Shown here: positions 28,801-41,700 of the stretch, piece by piece
How positions within the stretch are numbered: the first letter of the stretch is position 1
How the letters are laid out: each line of letters opens with the position of its first letter
From: Chrysomallon squamiferum
Taxonomy: Eukaryota > Animalia > Mollusca
Length of the DNA: 64,000 bases
Direction of reading: 5' to 3'
NCBI GenBank assembly: GCA_012295275.1
Contig: CM022665.1
Span: 7,502,001-7,566,000 of the forward strand
Notes under the pieces: model-generated
Database searches by the model: none
Seen by the model: only the letters and a program-made list of their open reading frames with translations
What the model was told of the DNA's origin: nothing
Program-made: the position numbers and the translations under genes

Positions 28801-29444
28801 ATATCTTTATATGAAACCAACATGAAAATAACATTAACAAAAACATTACATTTTACTAAAATTAGCTGTCTGCAGCATATATTAAAGATCATTTCAAATA
28901 GGTAACTGGTCAGCTTTTGTTTCTTTCCAGTAAAACATCATTTGTGTATGGCACATACCCATATTGCTTACCCTAAAAATGAAGGCAGTGGGCTCACCAT
29001 GTAATAATCTGTACTGTTATATATTTTAATAAAATCATGAAAATTCATAGAAATGACATTTTCATTTCTGTTCTCCTTCTTTTTTACTTCGATATTGACT
29101 TCTTCGTCATCTGGAATACTAAGGGACAAAAAGTAGTCATCATGTTTCCAAAGAGTAAATGCTGGAGACATTTTTGCAGCTCCTGTCATCTTAAGTGGTT
29201 TTGATGAAAGTACGTAATTTTCGATGAAGAATTTTTGGTCAGGAAATCCATATACTTCTTCAATTGAAAAGCTGGGACCTCCAGCTCCAAAGCGTTTGAT
29301 ACGACCGTGATCTTCTAATTCGTTTTGGTCTAACAGTGCAGTTTCAAAGACCATAAAATGGCAAATTAATACCATAAAAGAACTTCTTAAACCAAAAATT
29401 AACATACTTTTCTGTCTGCGTTGAAGAAAATCGACAAAATTCAT
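22897..29444 (-). CDS. Secretory-pathway JmjC (cupin-8) Fe(II)/2-oxoglutarate dioxygenase with EF-hand and C-terminal KDEL, about 442 aa
   Basis: Exons 29444-28972, 28416-28350, 27051-26929, 26390-26341, 26007-25915, 25528-25352, 24525-24456, 23706-23647, 23378-23295, 23028-22897 join in phase (1329 nt). JmjC motifs WFSSGGTKSVVHTD, GEKEF, AGDCLFIPYKWIHQVRS, AVNLWW; EF loop DLNSDGTFTMEE; ends DLKDEL*; hydrophobic N-terminus. Confidence 0.88.
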
Positions 29445-30984
29445 TGAAATTTCAAAAACAAAAATTCTTAATCCAAATGAGTATATATAAGATTATACTG
29501 GAGAGTCAATACGCTACTGTATCTGTATCTATATCTATATATACAATTTCAATTACATTACAATGTTACGTGAATGTAAAATATATAATTATATTAGATA
29601 TATATCCAACTAAAAATACAGCAAGTTGTAACAAAAGTCAATAAAAACACTGTATGTTATCATTTAATCATTGTGTTTATCTCTCACTACGATAACGATC
29701 AAGTTAATATTCATTTCTGTTTCATGCTTAAAACGTGAAGAGGTAATATTTTCAAGTCTGACTTTGTTTACATATAAATTTTTGACTGACACAACTCTGT
29801 TCGACTGAACAAAACTTTCACTACGCTTTTCCTTTTAAACCAGAATAGACTTATGGGACAGTGGCAATACTATTTGGTTCATAATGACCGTTGTACCGAT
29901 TGAAGACCAACGTTTGTTTTTTCATCGACATCAGTAAACTATTCCGTACCTTTTGAACCACACGAAATACAAATATGCGATAGATATAGGTAAACATAGT
30001 TTCTTTAGTTTTATTGGCGCAATTAAACGGTGTTTCATTGCAGGAATAGAGATTTATACGAATGTATAGTTCATAAACGATGAAACACTACCACAATTGC
30101 GTAACGCAGTACGAGAGAATTTTATACTGAAGTAAATCGTTGCATATGCCAGGGTGGAGCAGACCACATGTCGAAGTTTTTTAATCGCAAAATCAACCAG
30201 TTTCCTCCTTCCCCTATATTTACTGTTGTACTGATGTGTGCGATATAATGGATTTATTATGGATTTATCAATACGTAGGTATATACTTCGTTGTCTATAA
30301 GAAGGTTTGTTTACAGATCCCTGCTTACTGTAATGAGAAATCCATGAAGGAGGGAAAAGAAGAATAATAATAAAACCCTGGATTATTAAAAAATTTATTT
30401 ATTAATTATTTAATTTAATAACAACAAAATGTATTGATGTCGCCTGATTGACATTCATTCACACATATAGGTAATAAACGTGGAGAATTTCATCATTGTT
30501 TTGTTTTTCTTTCTTTACTATATCATTTTATACGTTGTTGTTACTAGATCGCCTGATGAGTACCGCCGATGAGGTACATAATTTAAGAGGGGCGAAATAT
30601 TCACAACTATTTAATATTACAAACGACAACGGTAATATGGAAAAATAAAGAAATAATAAGAAGAAATCGTCATAAATGTAATTATTTTACAATGATTCAG
30701 ATAAACGGTTACACAAATTGTGATCTTATTTATTTAAAAAAAAAAAGAAAAAAGAAAGACGTATTTTACAATTTTAAAACGCTATTATTTGGGTAACATT
30801 TTTCTTCGACACCGGTTAGGTAGCTCTCTTATTCTCTAACCCTCTGCTTAACACAAATAATTACAAAATTTAATATTAATTATATTTATATTATAAATCG
30901 TGTCTGTGTATATTTAAATTTTTATGCTAATAAGATAGTACATTTTAATTATATTTGAGAAATGTGTTTTGAATCTAAAAGGGA

Positions 30985-31470
30985 ACGCCCCAAACGTCAC
31001 GTGGCCTCTCGCCGCTCATCTTTTTTTTCCCTCCACGCAAAATTTGCTTTTACGAACATTTTTAAAGGTCTTGTCGCAATTGGATTTGGTTTATTTTTAA
31101 TGGTATGTTTCATAATATTGTTGTTATAACCAAGAACCTTTCTAATTTGTTTACATTTGCAATATACATCAGAATATAGTTTAAAAATACATTAAATATG
31201 TGAATGATTCGTAGTCTTTTTACTATGTATAGAACAAAGAAATAAATCAATTAAAGTTATCATTGCATCGCATAGTTTCGGGTAAAATTACTTCAGTGTA
31301 TGCTTTAAGCAATTGTATTTCTTATTACGGCGATTATAATAAGATTTTTCAAGATGTATTATTAATTTGTTGTAAACTAAAACCCACGTGGGTTAGTGGG
31401 TCCGCCATTTTGATGACAAAAGGCCACGAGGTAGCCGGAAGCTACGCGCTAGGTGTCAAAAGTAGGTCAT
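30985..31470 (+). promoter_or_regulatory. Probable SYNCRIP promoter / non-coding first exon region
   Basis: CpG-retaining stretch with E-boxes (GTCACGTGG near 30996, CCACGTGG near 31384), YY1 motif CCGCCATTTTG (31402-31412) and ETS-like GCCGGAAG near 31434, upstream of the acceptor at 32952. Confidence 0.5.
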
Positions 31471-32954
31471 TTCCGTACATATGGACCAGGCCATTATTTA
31501 TAGATGAATAACGAATAGACAAAATACGTCTTATTCCTAAAAATAAGATGTTATGCCACCGATGGCTTGCAAAACTTGTAACATTTGCTATTAAAAATGT
31601 GTATTATTTATTCACGTTTACATGATTCAGCATTTGGTTTTGAGACGAAATGGAAATTTGATTTGAAATACAATTTCAAGAATTTGTATGTTTTGTTGAC
31701 AAGTACATTTCCTACTTTGGAAACATTGTCAACACGTTTCGATTTGCATCATTGGCTTTGAATCCATATGTAATTAAATCTTTCATCAGTACCTCTCATC
31801 AGTACCTCTCATTTCATGAGAAGTTAGAGACTAAGAGTAAACAAACTACATTGAGTATTATTATATTTGCGATTTCTGTAAGGTTTATCATTATGTATTG
31901 TTGTTTGAAAAGAATTCAGTTCATTTACAATTACAGTATATCATAGTTCATTCTTTACACATCTTCAGCTTTGATAACATTATGATTTACTAGAGTATAT
32001 CATTTGCTTTGATTATCTATGTTACTGTAATTAGAACTAATCTGATCCCTTATTACTTAAGTAATGTTATGCAGTAGATTCAATTGACAGCAAGTGAGTT
32101 TAAAACGCATGAGTATATTTAGTTAGTAATTAGTTGTATATAACTGTGACAGATATTACAGTGGTTGGAAGAACAGAATATATTTTTAACATAAAAATCT
32201 CACGTCAACACACCTCATGAGACTGGCGGCAGCCAGTACCTACTTAGGCAGTCTGTTTCTGACATCTAAATTTTTAATGCATAATTTATTTCTACCAAAA
32301 AACAAACAAAAAACTAATATGAGTTTAAAAAATATATATATATAAATAAATAAAAAAAAAGGGTAGCGGGGGGAACATGCATCCATACAGGATATACACA
32401 AATATTTTCAATATTTGTTTCAGTTTGTCTATTTAGAATTGATTGAGATGAACAATGACTACTATTTATGAGTGAAATTATTCCCCTTCTAAAGTTATGA
32501 AGCATTAACTATCGAAAGTACATGTGGTAGTTAATAAATATTACACACACTTTATTTAGGAACATTTACTGTGGATAAAGTGTTTATCAAAATATTTTGC
32601 TTGTCAGAATGGTAACCTTTTATATTTTCTCTCATCTATGATATAACTGTGATAAGGAAACTAAACACCAGTAAAATGTAAATCTTTATTGAGAAGGACA
32701 TGTACAAATAAACGTTAAACATTTAAAAAAAAAAATTAATGAACTTGTCAGTATTTGTAGTTAAATGTTATTTTTCATTTGTTGCCAGTTGGTTAGTTGT
32801 TCAATATATTCTAAGTATGGTTTGAATTATTAATAATTAAAGGTTGCTGATTAAATACTATAATGAGGTAATCAATTTTATTCTGAAATATATTTATTCT
32901 TGCATACAGGTTTTTGTTTTTATGCATTTAAGTTTTTTATTATAATTTTCAGTT

Positions 32955-35740
32955 ATGGCCCTAAATGGCGAGGAGCAAATGGATGAAATTACAGCAGATC
33001 AGATCAAAAGTGAAAATGTATCTGATCAGGTAAAAACTGAAGATGTTGACATGGAAAACGGAAATGCAGAAGACCTAAAGAAATTGACAGATTATGGAAT
33101 AAGTAAAGCTGTTTCACTGGAGTTGGTTAAAATCTATGGAACAGGTATTTTTCTTGTTGAATTAGCTACTTTTGTATAATTTATTTTCCTTTTTTTGGGG
33201 AATTATAGTTCATTTAATCTTAACTTATATTTCTGACTTCTGGATTAATTTTTTTGTGGTGATAGATATGTTTTTTTTTAGCATTTGTGTTTTTATTGAA
33301 AATAGTTGTTTTGAATATTTTGCAGAATTTGAAATTTGTCCCTGTTTTAAGCTAAATTATGGAATAATAAATGGAACATTCCATGTATTATACAAGAAAC
33401 TAGAAAAATAAGATCTGTACTGCCAATCATTTCATACAGAGTGATACTGTGACTGACACATATTTCCATCACCATACAAGAATAGTAAAAAGTGGTAGCC
33501 CCATAATAAATTTAACTGTTTATTTAACGTACATAGAGCTTCCACTGTTTTTAATGTTTCTGGTTTTGCTTGTTTACTAACTCAGCTGCAACACATTTTG
33601 TGGGAAATTAACTATATTCATTTTTTTTCAGTGTTTGTTACTTTGTGTTTTTGCAGGCAACATAAAACGATTCTATATATCTCCAAACTGCATCAGTTTT
33701 CTTTGTTGAACATCATTTAAATTCCTTTTTCTATGATGGCACAAAACACTGAGACCATTTATATATTTCATAGCAATTTCTTGCTCTTGTTTCCATTTTT
33801 GAATCAGAATTAAATACAAATCCTCAAATACAAACTTTACAAATGCCTCATTTATAAACAATATTTTTCATTTGTATCAGATGGTTTGGAAAACTGAAGA
33901 AAAAGACAAATGTACTCTTTTTTTTTTTTTTTGCGTACAATCATATTGTGCAGTTGCTATCTTTGGCTCAAGCCATAGAAACTTTAACAGAAACTTGTGC
34001 CAGGAGAGTACACGCATGAAAGGATGATTAAAGCAACTTGAAAACTAGTCACTAGAAAGGCAGAAAAAAAATGATATGGTGGTGGACAATCAGGGTTAGA
34101 GTTCTAATATCTTGTGGGAAGGTATCAGTACCTAACACTTCACGTTACTGATAAGGTCGAGCACTGCAAAAAGTATTATTAAAGATCACAGGACAACTAA
34201 ATGTAATGCAACATAATCATACAGCAGTTAGGTACACTGTTTTATTCAAAGCTAGCCAGAGTTGACAAACTGTAAACAAAAGAGTAACTGAATTATACAG
34301 GAACAATACTGAAAGCAGAAATCTGAGTAAACTGAGTAAATAACATTGTGTGTTTGGTAATGTTGACCAAACATCTGTTTTATAGCATATTACATGAGTA
34401 AAATTTTTTGTTCAATTTAACTGAAAATCACTTCCATTTTGAAATACACATATTTTGACTCTTACATGACGGTTGAAAACCTACTGAATCTAAACACGGT
34501 CCCATTTCAAATTCATATTTCCCAGTAATTTGCTTAAGCCAGTTGTGAGAAGTAAAAATAATATCAGTAAGGGCAAAAACAGATGTTTTACTTCTTAAAG
34601 GAAAATGGTCCAGTGAAATCTGTTTCTTTAAATTCTTTTTAAAAATTGCTAAAATGATAACACAGTGTCAGTCACACATTAGAAAAGAGAGAAAAACAAT
34701 TCAGGAAAAAAATTACTGAACTCCCAAGGGTCCCATATTGAGTTGATTTTATTGGTGTCGGCTGAAAATTAAGATCTCTATAAGTGACAGGCTACATGCC
34801 CTCATACTTTGCAAATAAATAGTTAAAATGCATATACATGTTATAATAGTTTTACTTGTTTTTCTATTTATTTATTATTATTTTTTACATTAAACAAAAC
34901 ATTCACATTTATAAAATCGTAAACAACAAATGAACATTTTGTATCATAAAATTTTTCTTTTCTTATTTTTTCTTCTCAATATTACTCCATTATAGCATGG
35001 GGAATAGTCTTAAAAAGAACATCTGACTTTTTATTTGTGTAAAATAGTGGTATGAAAAAGCATATTTTGTTCAAGTTATGTAATTCTTCTTCTGTAAGAT
35101 GTTACACTGTTATTTAATCTGATCTTAACACATTAGTAATGAATTTATTGGAGAAATTCAGACGTAACAATGACAGTTATTTTGACTTGCAGGTAAATTG
35201 ACTGCTTGAACTTGATGAAAGAGCTTTAGATGCTCTTAAAGAATTTAATGCTGATGATGCAATAAAAGTACTCAAGGAATTCAGCAGCAGCAATTTAGAG
35301 CATGTTACAAACAAAAGTGCATGGCTGTGTGGCCAGATGAAAACGTACAGACAAAAGAGACAAGCAGGTGGTTCTGCATCACAAGCAAAAGGCCCAGATG
35401 AGGCAAAATTAAAGGTAGGAGTTTGTTCTTAAAATGTTGTATAACTGCAATAAATGACAATTAAGTTTGTATTGTTAATATATCTGTAATTAAATGCATT
35501 AAACAATAAACTTACTTTCCTTTTTTGGTCCATAATTTAATAAAAAAAAAACTAAAAAAAAACTGCATTTACAATGTAAATAAAATTTGTTTGCAGATGT
35601 CCACATTAATTATAGACAATACAGAAAACTGATATTTGTTTAGTTAAGAAGATTATGAAAATACGATGTAAATCTATAGATGCCATTGGTTGCTAATAGT
35701 AAAATAATTTTATTCATTTGTTTGTTATTATTTTTCTGTT

Positions 35741-35771
<31 letters not shown>

Positions 35772-38700
35772 TTTTTTGATAATTCAGTAACATTAATTGC
35801 AGAAATCACTGAAAGATCTAATGAGAAATAGAATCTTTTAAAAAGTTGGAAAGTTTATTTCATCAGTACCAGTATTGCTAAATTTTATTGTCGGTATTCT
35901 TATTAAAATAAAAGATTTGATTCTTACCATTCCTGTTATGCAAACATGGCAAACAGAAGTTTCTTGAAGTCTACATTCTCCAGAATCAGGTTTTTGATAC
36001 AGAAGGTTTTGAGTATCAGTATTCCAGTTTTGCGGATAGGTTAATAATTTTAATAATGTACAGGGTGTCCATAAAGAGTCTTTACAGTTTAAAAAAACTA
36101 TTACAAAAAAGGTATAGATCAGAGAAAATTTCAACAATGGTCAGATGATATGTAACCTTTGTTTGCTGTCAAATCACAGCAAGTACAAAGCTAAGAAAAT
36201 GCTTTTATGTCTGCTTCAAATGACACTTATAATAGCCGTGTCTTTAATTGCCACTAGTCCCATGATTTCATACATTTAATGCCCCTAATTAATACCTGCA
36301 TCACCTTTCTGGAATAGATTCCAAGGATTAGCTGAGTTTATGCATTGCAGAAGATTATAGTTAAACATCAAATGCTTGCAGTCCTTTTAAGTAACATTGA
36401 TATATATATATGATATATACACATCACAGTATCTTAACTTATTACTACTAACTATTTAATAGAGTGAAAATTCAAGCTGCTTATGTAAATAAATTTGTGC
36501 TGTTCTATATAAATTGAAAAGGTAAAATTTTTCTTGAAAGATCTTGATAAATTGTTCACAACTCAGGTTGAATTTTTATTCATTCATCCATTTGTCATTT
36601 TGATGATTTTGGCATGTTTATCATGTTATTATGAGCAAACATAGAAACATACAGGTCTGATTCTTTTTAAGCTCATTTAGCAAGTTGGTCCCATCACTGT
36701 TGTTGATTTTCAATCTTTTGTGTCAGTTGCTTTTCAAACTACAGTTGGCCAAAGCAGCCCTTTCTGCTAATTAGCAAATAGGGCTGAAAACCGACCAAAT
36801 AACTGACATACCAATTTGCATGTATATCTTTTGAACTGCTGGAGATAGACATAATATTTTGTTTGTTTTGTAGATAGTCATAATGTTTTGTGTGTTTTGT
36901 TTCTTTTTACTACAGCTTTCATTATGTGCTAATTTTTTTTACATATTTTATGAAATTAAAGTCAGAAAAACTTTGCCTTCCAGTACCTACATGAAAATGA
37001 GAAAAACAAATGTAAAATGACAAATGTGCAGAAAAACAACATTTTCAACAGTATCTCATTTCATTTCTGATGATCAGAGTTGTCTGGGATTTAAAAGTTT
37101 GAAAGTATTACATCTACAGAGCACCTGTTTTGATTGTGATCATTGTATATTCCAAATAGAGGAAAAGTCCAAAATGACTTGTGCAGACAAATAGATAACC
37201 ACCACAAAGTAAATAACATAAATGGCCATAACGTAAAATTATCCTATGGGTTTGCATTAGATTTTGAGTGCATAAAGACAATAAATTGGTCTATTATTAA
37301 CTAGTTCAGATATGATCAATTCAGATGAGTTTGTACTTGGCATTTACATGATAGCTATAAATTATAATTTATAAAGTACCATGCAACTTAATATTAAACC
37401 AGAAACCCGCTTATGTTCAACTAACATAACAAGTTCACATTGTATTTTGAATGTGTACTATCAGTTAGGAATTAAGGGGACACATTAGTCACCAACATTT
37501 GAACCCTCATATCTTAGGAACTACTGGGCCAATCTTCATAGAATTGGTATTGTTGAAAAGGCAATATGACAAGGTTTCCAAATCTGCTGTTATTGTTGAG
37601 TTAGAAGAATGTTAGGGTACACTGACCTTTTGACCTTTATGACCTTGAGATGACCTTTCTTGAAATTTAATCTCCCACATATAAAAGTTACAGAGGTGTA
37701 GTATTCTTTGTTTAGCAGCAATACACATTCAGAAATTGCATGTCCATGAAAATAACACCTTTTCTGCCATTAACATCTGATTAGCTAAAACCTGAATGAC
37801 CAATTCCTGATGCTAAGATCACCATCTCTCTTGATCACCAAGTAATACATTGTAGGCCTACATGCTATGATTATATGATATCAAACTACTTCCCTCATTG
37901 CCTTCTCACCAGTTCAACAATCACAGAATCGTTTGATCACCCACTTTCCCCATAGTCTTGCAATTCTAGCACCATCCTTTTTACTCAGAGAGTACATCCA
38001 TAGAAGTGTTTCAATGACACAGAAAATGTCTTCTTCATTTGGTCAGTGAAATAAGATCTATGAGGGTGCATGAAACAAATGAAGAGGTTGCCATGCTCTT
38101 CTAAAATATCCTCAACTAGCCCAACCCATGCCTCAATGTCATACAGACAACAAACATAGTTTTGCTTCTTGGTGCCTCTAGTAACTCTGTCATATCATCC
38201 TCAGAATCCTGGACAGATACTAGTTCTGGTGTGATGTTGAAAAAGTGAATACCTGGAATACTGTTGATGCAGAAGTCCATGATAGCCTCACTGGTCAGGA
38301 CTGAGTCTATGTAGGGATGCTGCAAACTGGCCTTTGTCAGCAACCTCTTCACCATCCAAGCCACTTTTGCTGTGGCTTGTTGCAGACAAGTTCCATTCAC
38401 CTTCCAACCCAATGTCCTCTTCATGATGGCACAGGTTAACAAAATTGTTCTTATTTTTATACAGTCCAGCCCAGTCATCAGTGACACAAAATAGTGCAGT
38501 GAACTGAATTGATCTTGAAACTAGTTTTATCTCAGGCATAATCACTGTATTACCTTAAAATACAGTGGTCATAGTACTAGTAAATGTATCACTATTCTTA
38601 TATTAGACATAATAGTAGTTCAAGTAATTATAGTAAAAGTTGTAGAAGTATCAGTGTTGTAATACCCATAGAAGTATTTGTATTCTATTAGTAGTACTGG

Positions 38701-41700
38701 TATAATTACTACTACTGCCAATAATAATCATAATGATAATTAAAGCAATATTAATGCTACAAGTATTAGAAGAAATCATGGAAGTAGTTTCATAGAGGTA
38801 GTAGTAGTAGTAGTGGCAATAGGTAGAAGGCAATATAATAGTAAAATAGAGGGAGTGTTAATATAATTAGTACTAGAAAAAGTGGTACTATTAATTATAG
38901 TGCTAGTAGTAGAAGAAGGAGTGTCAATAGAAGTAGCAAAATAAGAAATAGCTATTGTAGTATTTGTTGATATAATGGTGATGCTAGTAGCAATAGTATT
39001 TGTGATAATAAAAGTAGCAGTAGTGGTGATGATGATGTCAGTAGTAGTTGTTCTAATAATAAAAGTAGTAATAGCACCATTAGTAACAGTAGTAATGGTA
39101 GAAGTACTGGTGGTGGTGGTAGTAGTAGTAGTGGAGGTGCAGGTAATAACAGGAGCCTAGAGGGATAATAGCAGTACTAGAAGTAACTACTAACACCAAA
39201 CATTGTAGTATCAGTAGAAATAGTTAGGAACAAAAAGTAGTGGGAATAGACAGAGTAGTAGAAGAATTAGTAGTAGTAACTTCTAATTGCCACGTGCTCA
39301 ATGGGGATTTCTCCAGGGAATTTCAAGTAGTTCCTGACTTTCCTGAAGCCATACTTCCTGTTAACCCTTTGTGTCTGATTGTGTAGAACGTGTGATGCCA
39401 TTTGGCATCTTTTCATATCCTTCAGACATGTCAGGTGGATTTTGACTCCAAAGATGAGTTTTTGATCTGAACTGTTCCAAGGTTTGTGGTTCATTTTGGC
39501 CAAAAATTACAAAAATTATTCAGGTTTCTATTCATACAAGTTAAAAAGTCCAAATAAATTTAATTATGTCCTACAAAATGCATCACTGAAATATACACAT
39601 TTGCGTTTAATTCTGGGTTTTAGTTTCAATGTGTTTCTTGAAACCTCCATGAAATTGACAGTAGGAAAGCCCCATTTTCACAGAGCATTATAGGGCCAAT
39701 GTTCTAAAAATAGATACAAACTCCATTGAGATATTCCTTCATTTAGTGCACCACCCTCTGAGAATGTGAGAGAAAAAACTTAAGATAGTGTTGCCCATGG
39801 ATTGGTTGTATGATATCACCTGACCTGTTGCTGCAGTCTGATTGGTTATTAGCATTAATTCCAATGACATTGATTTTTCCCCCAAATGTATTGTTTAAGA
39901 TTTTATTTTTTAAATTATGGAGACTTATTGTGGAAAGAAAACCAGTACAAAATACAAATTTGGGAAACGGAAGCTATCACACAAACAACAATTACAGTCT
40001 GTGCAATACAAAATATATGATAATTCTTAAAGATTCCCCTCTCTCCAACACACAGACAAAGCAATGTTATTTATACCCATGTGTACTACATTGATGAAAA
40101 AAAAACCTGCAGATTTTCACTTGCACCATTTTAATTGATCACCATTGTGAGCCACCATCTCTACAAGAACATGAACACAAACAACATTAACACAACTTTA
40201 ATAAACAGACAACAATTAACAAGTGACCAGCTGATCCATACAATGCAGGAAATACAGAAACACGAGACGTGTATGCACATAACACAATAAAAACCGAACT
40301 GTAATGAATATTCACAACACCAAACACTGACAGACACTGACGAGAGTTCTTGTTACATTGATTTGTTAAGTCTCACATTCCTTCCCCCTAAGATGTTGAA
40401 TCCAGGATGACCAAATCTTTGTTGACAATCACAGACTTGCAATGATGTCATTCCATATTAGTTTCACATAGAAAATCACCATACACTTTTGATACCAGTT
40501 CTCAAGTGTTGTTTCTTAAACTTCAGCTACTTGTCCTTGTGACACAGTTAGCAGTCTCCCAATTTATTTCTTGCAGTTTTTCAGCAACAGTTCAAACAAC
40601 TTTTTTACACTGTTCAGTGCTAATACCACTAGCCAACAATTCCCAGTATGTTTCTTGAACATCATTTGAATATTTTGTGTTGTATGTTTAAACCACTGAA
40701 TTACCTGTAAATGTTTCAAGTTTCTTTGTGTTCCCTAACTGAAGTTCAGAAATTCTCATCCTCAGATTCAACAGGACTTGATTTTCTGTATTTGTTGATC
40801 TGTTTCAATCTCTTCCATGCATTATTCCAACATGAAAGCACACTTCTGAGCATTTACTGTTGTTTTCTGGCTGTTGTCTACTTTTTCTTTAAATTTGGTA
40901 TATACATCTATTTCAAGCACAAATTCTTTGCCCATCCTTGTCTGTCAGTAACACAGTCATTATCCTCACCTTTCTATAATGTATCAAAAGGTGCTGCTAC
41001 TTTATTCATGGGAAGAAAAGCAATTGTAGCTATCTGACAGATTAGTATTGTAATGAAATGCCAGTTAAATGTGGTGCTAGATAATTTGGCTCAAATGAAC
41101 CTTCAATGACAGGAAATATGGTGCAATAAATAAATGATTATATGCAGTTTTGTAGTTATGCTGCTTTTTTGTTATCTGTTGATAAATTTTTTACTGAAAT
41201 ATTTAATTTTCAGAGCATGTGCATCTGGTTGTGTAATTATGACCTGTGGTGTTTATTTGGAGGTTATTTTGTCATAGTAGATCTTGATCATCTTGTTTTT
41301 AAGTGCATCTGCTGCATGATTGTGCTCACCGACTCTGCTGAAAATTTCTTTACCAAGAACTTTGATTTTGCTTTACAGCTGTGGTGCCTTCTTCCTTCAC
41401 ACTTTATAAGAAATATCCTCCTCCTGTCAGACATAAACATAATTCCTGTAGGTATGTTCTGGATGACCAGAAGCAGACTCGGTGAACTTCATCTTATAAA
41501 ATAGGATATAATGCATGACCTTACATACTGTTTTGTTCATCAGAATTATAGATCACTTGCCAAATAAAATGAATCAGCCTGAATTAGTAATTATGTGATG
41601 TTTCAACAGACTAAATTAATCCAAATGCTTTCAGTCAAGTTTGTTAAGATCTGAAGCTGCTATTATGTATGATGACATCATTAACATGTCATTGACATAA

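Noticed and set aside
30555-30600. Hammerhead-ribozyme-like CTGATGAG...CGAAA
   Set aside because: The stem GTACC/GGTAC is followed by ATAA rather than GAAA, and stems I and III could not be found.
33657-33710. Possible alternative exon after a good acceptor in SYNCRIP intron 1
   Set aside because: Stops after about 17 codons, has no clear donor and no supporting homology.
38975-39160. Val-rich ORF resembling a membrane peptide
   Set aside because: Product of the (GTA)n low-complexity tract.
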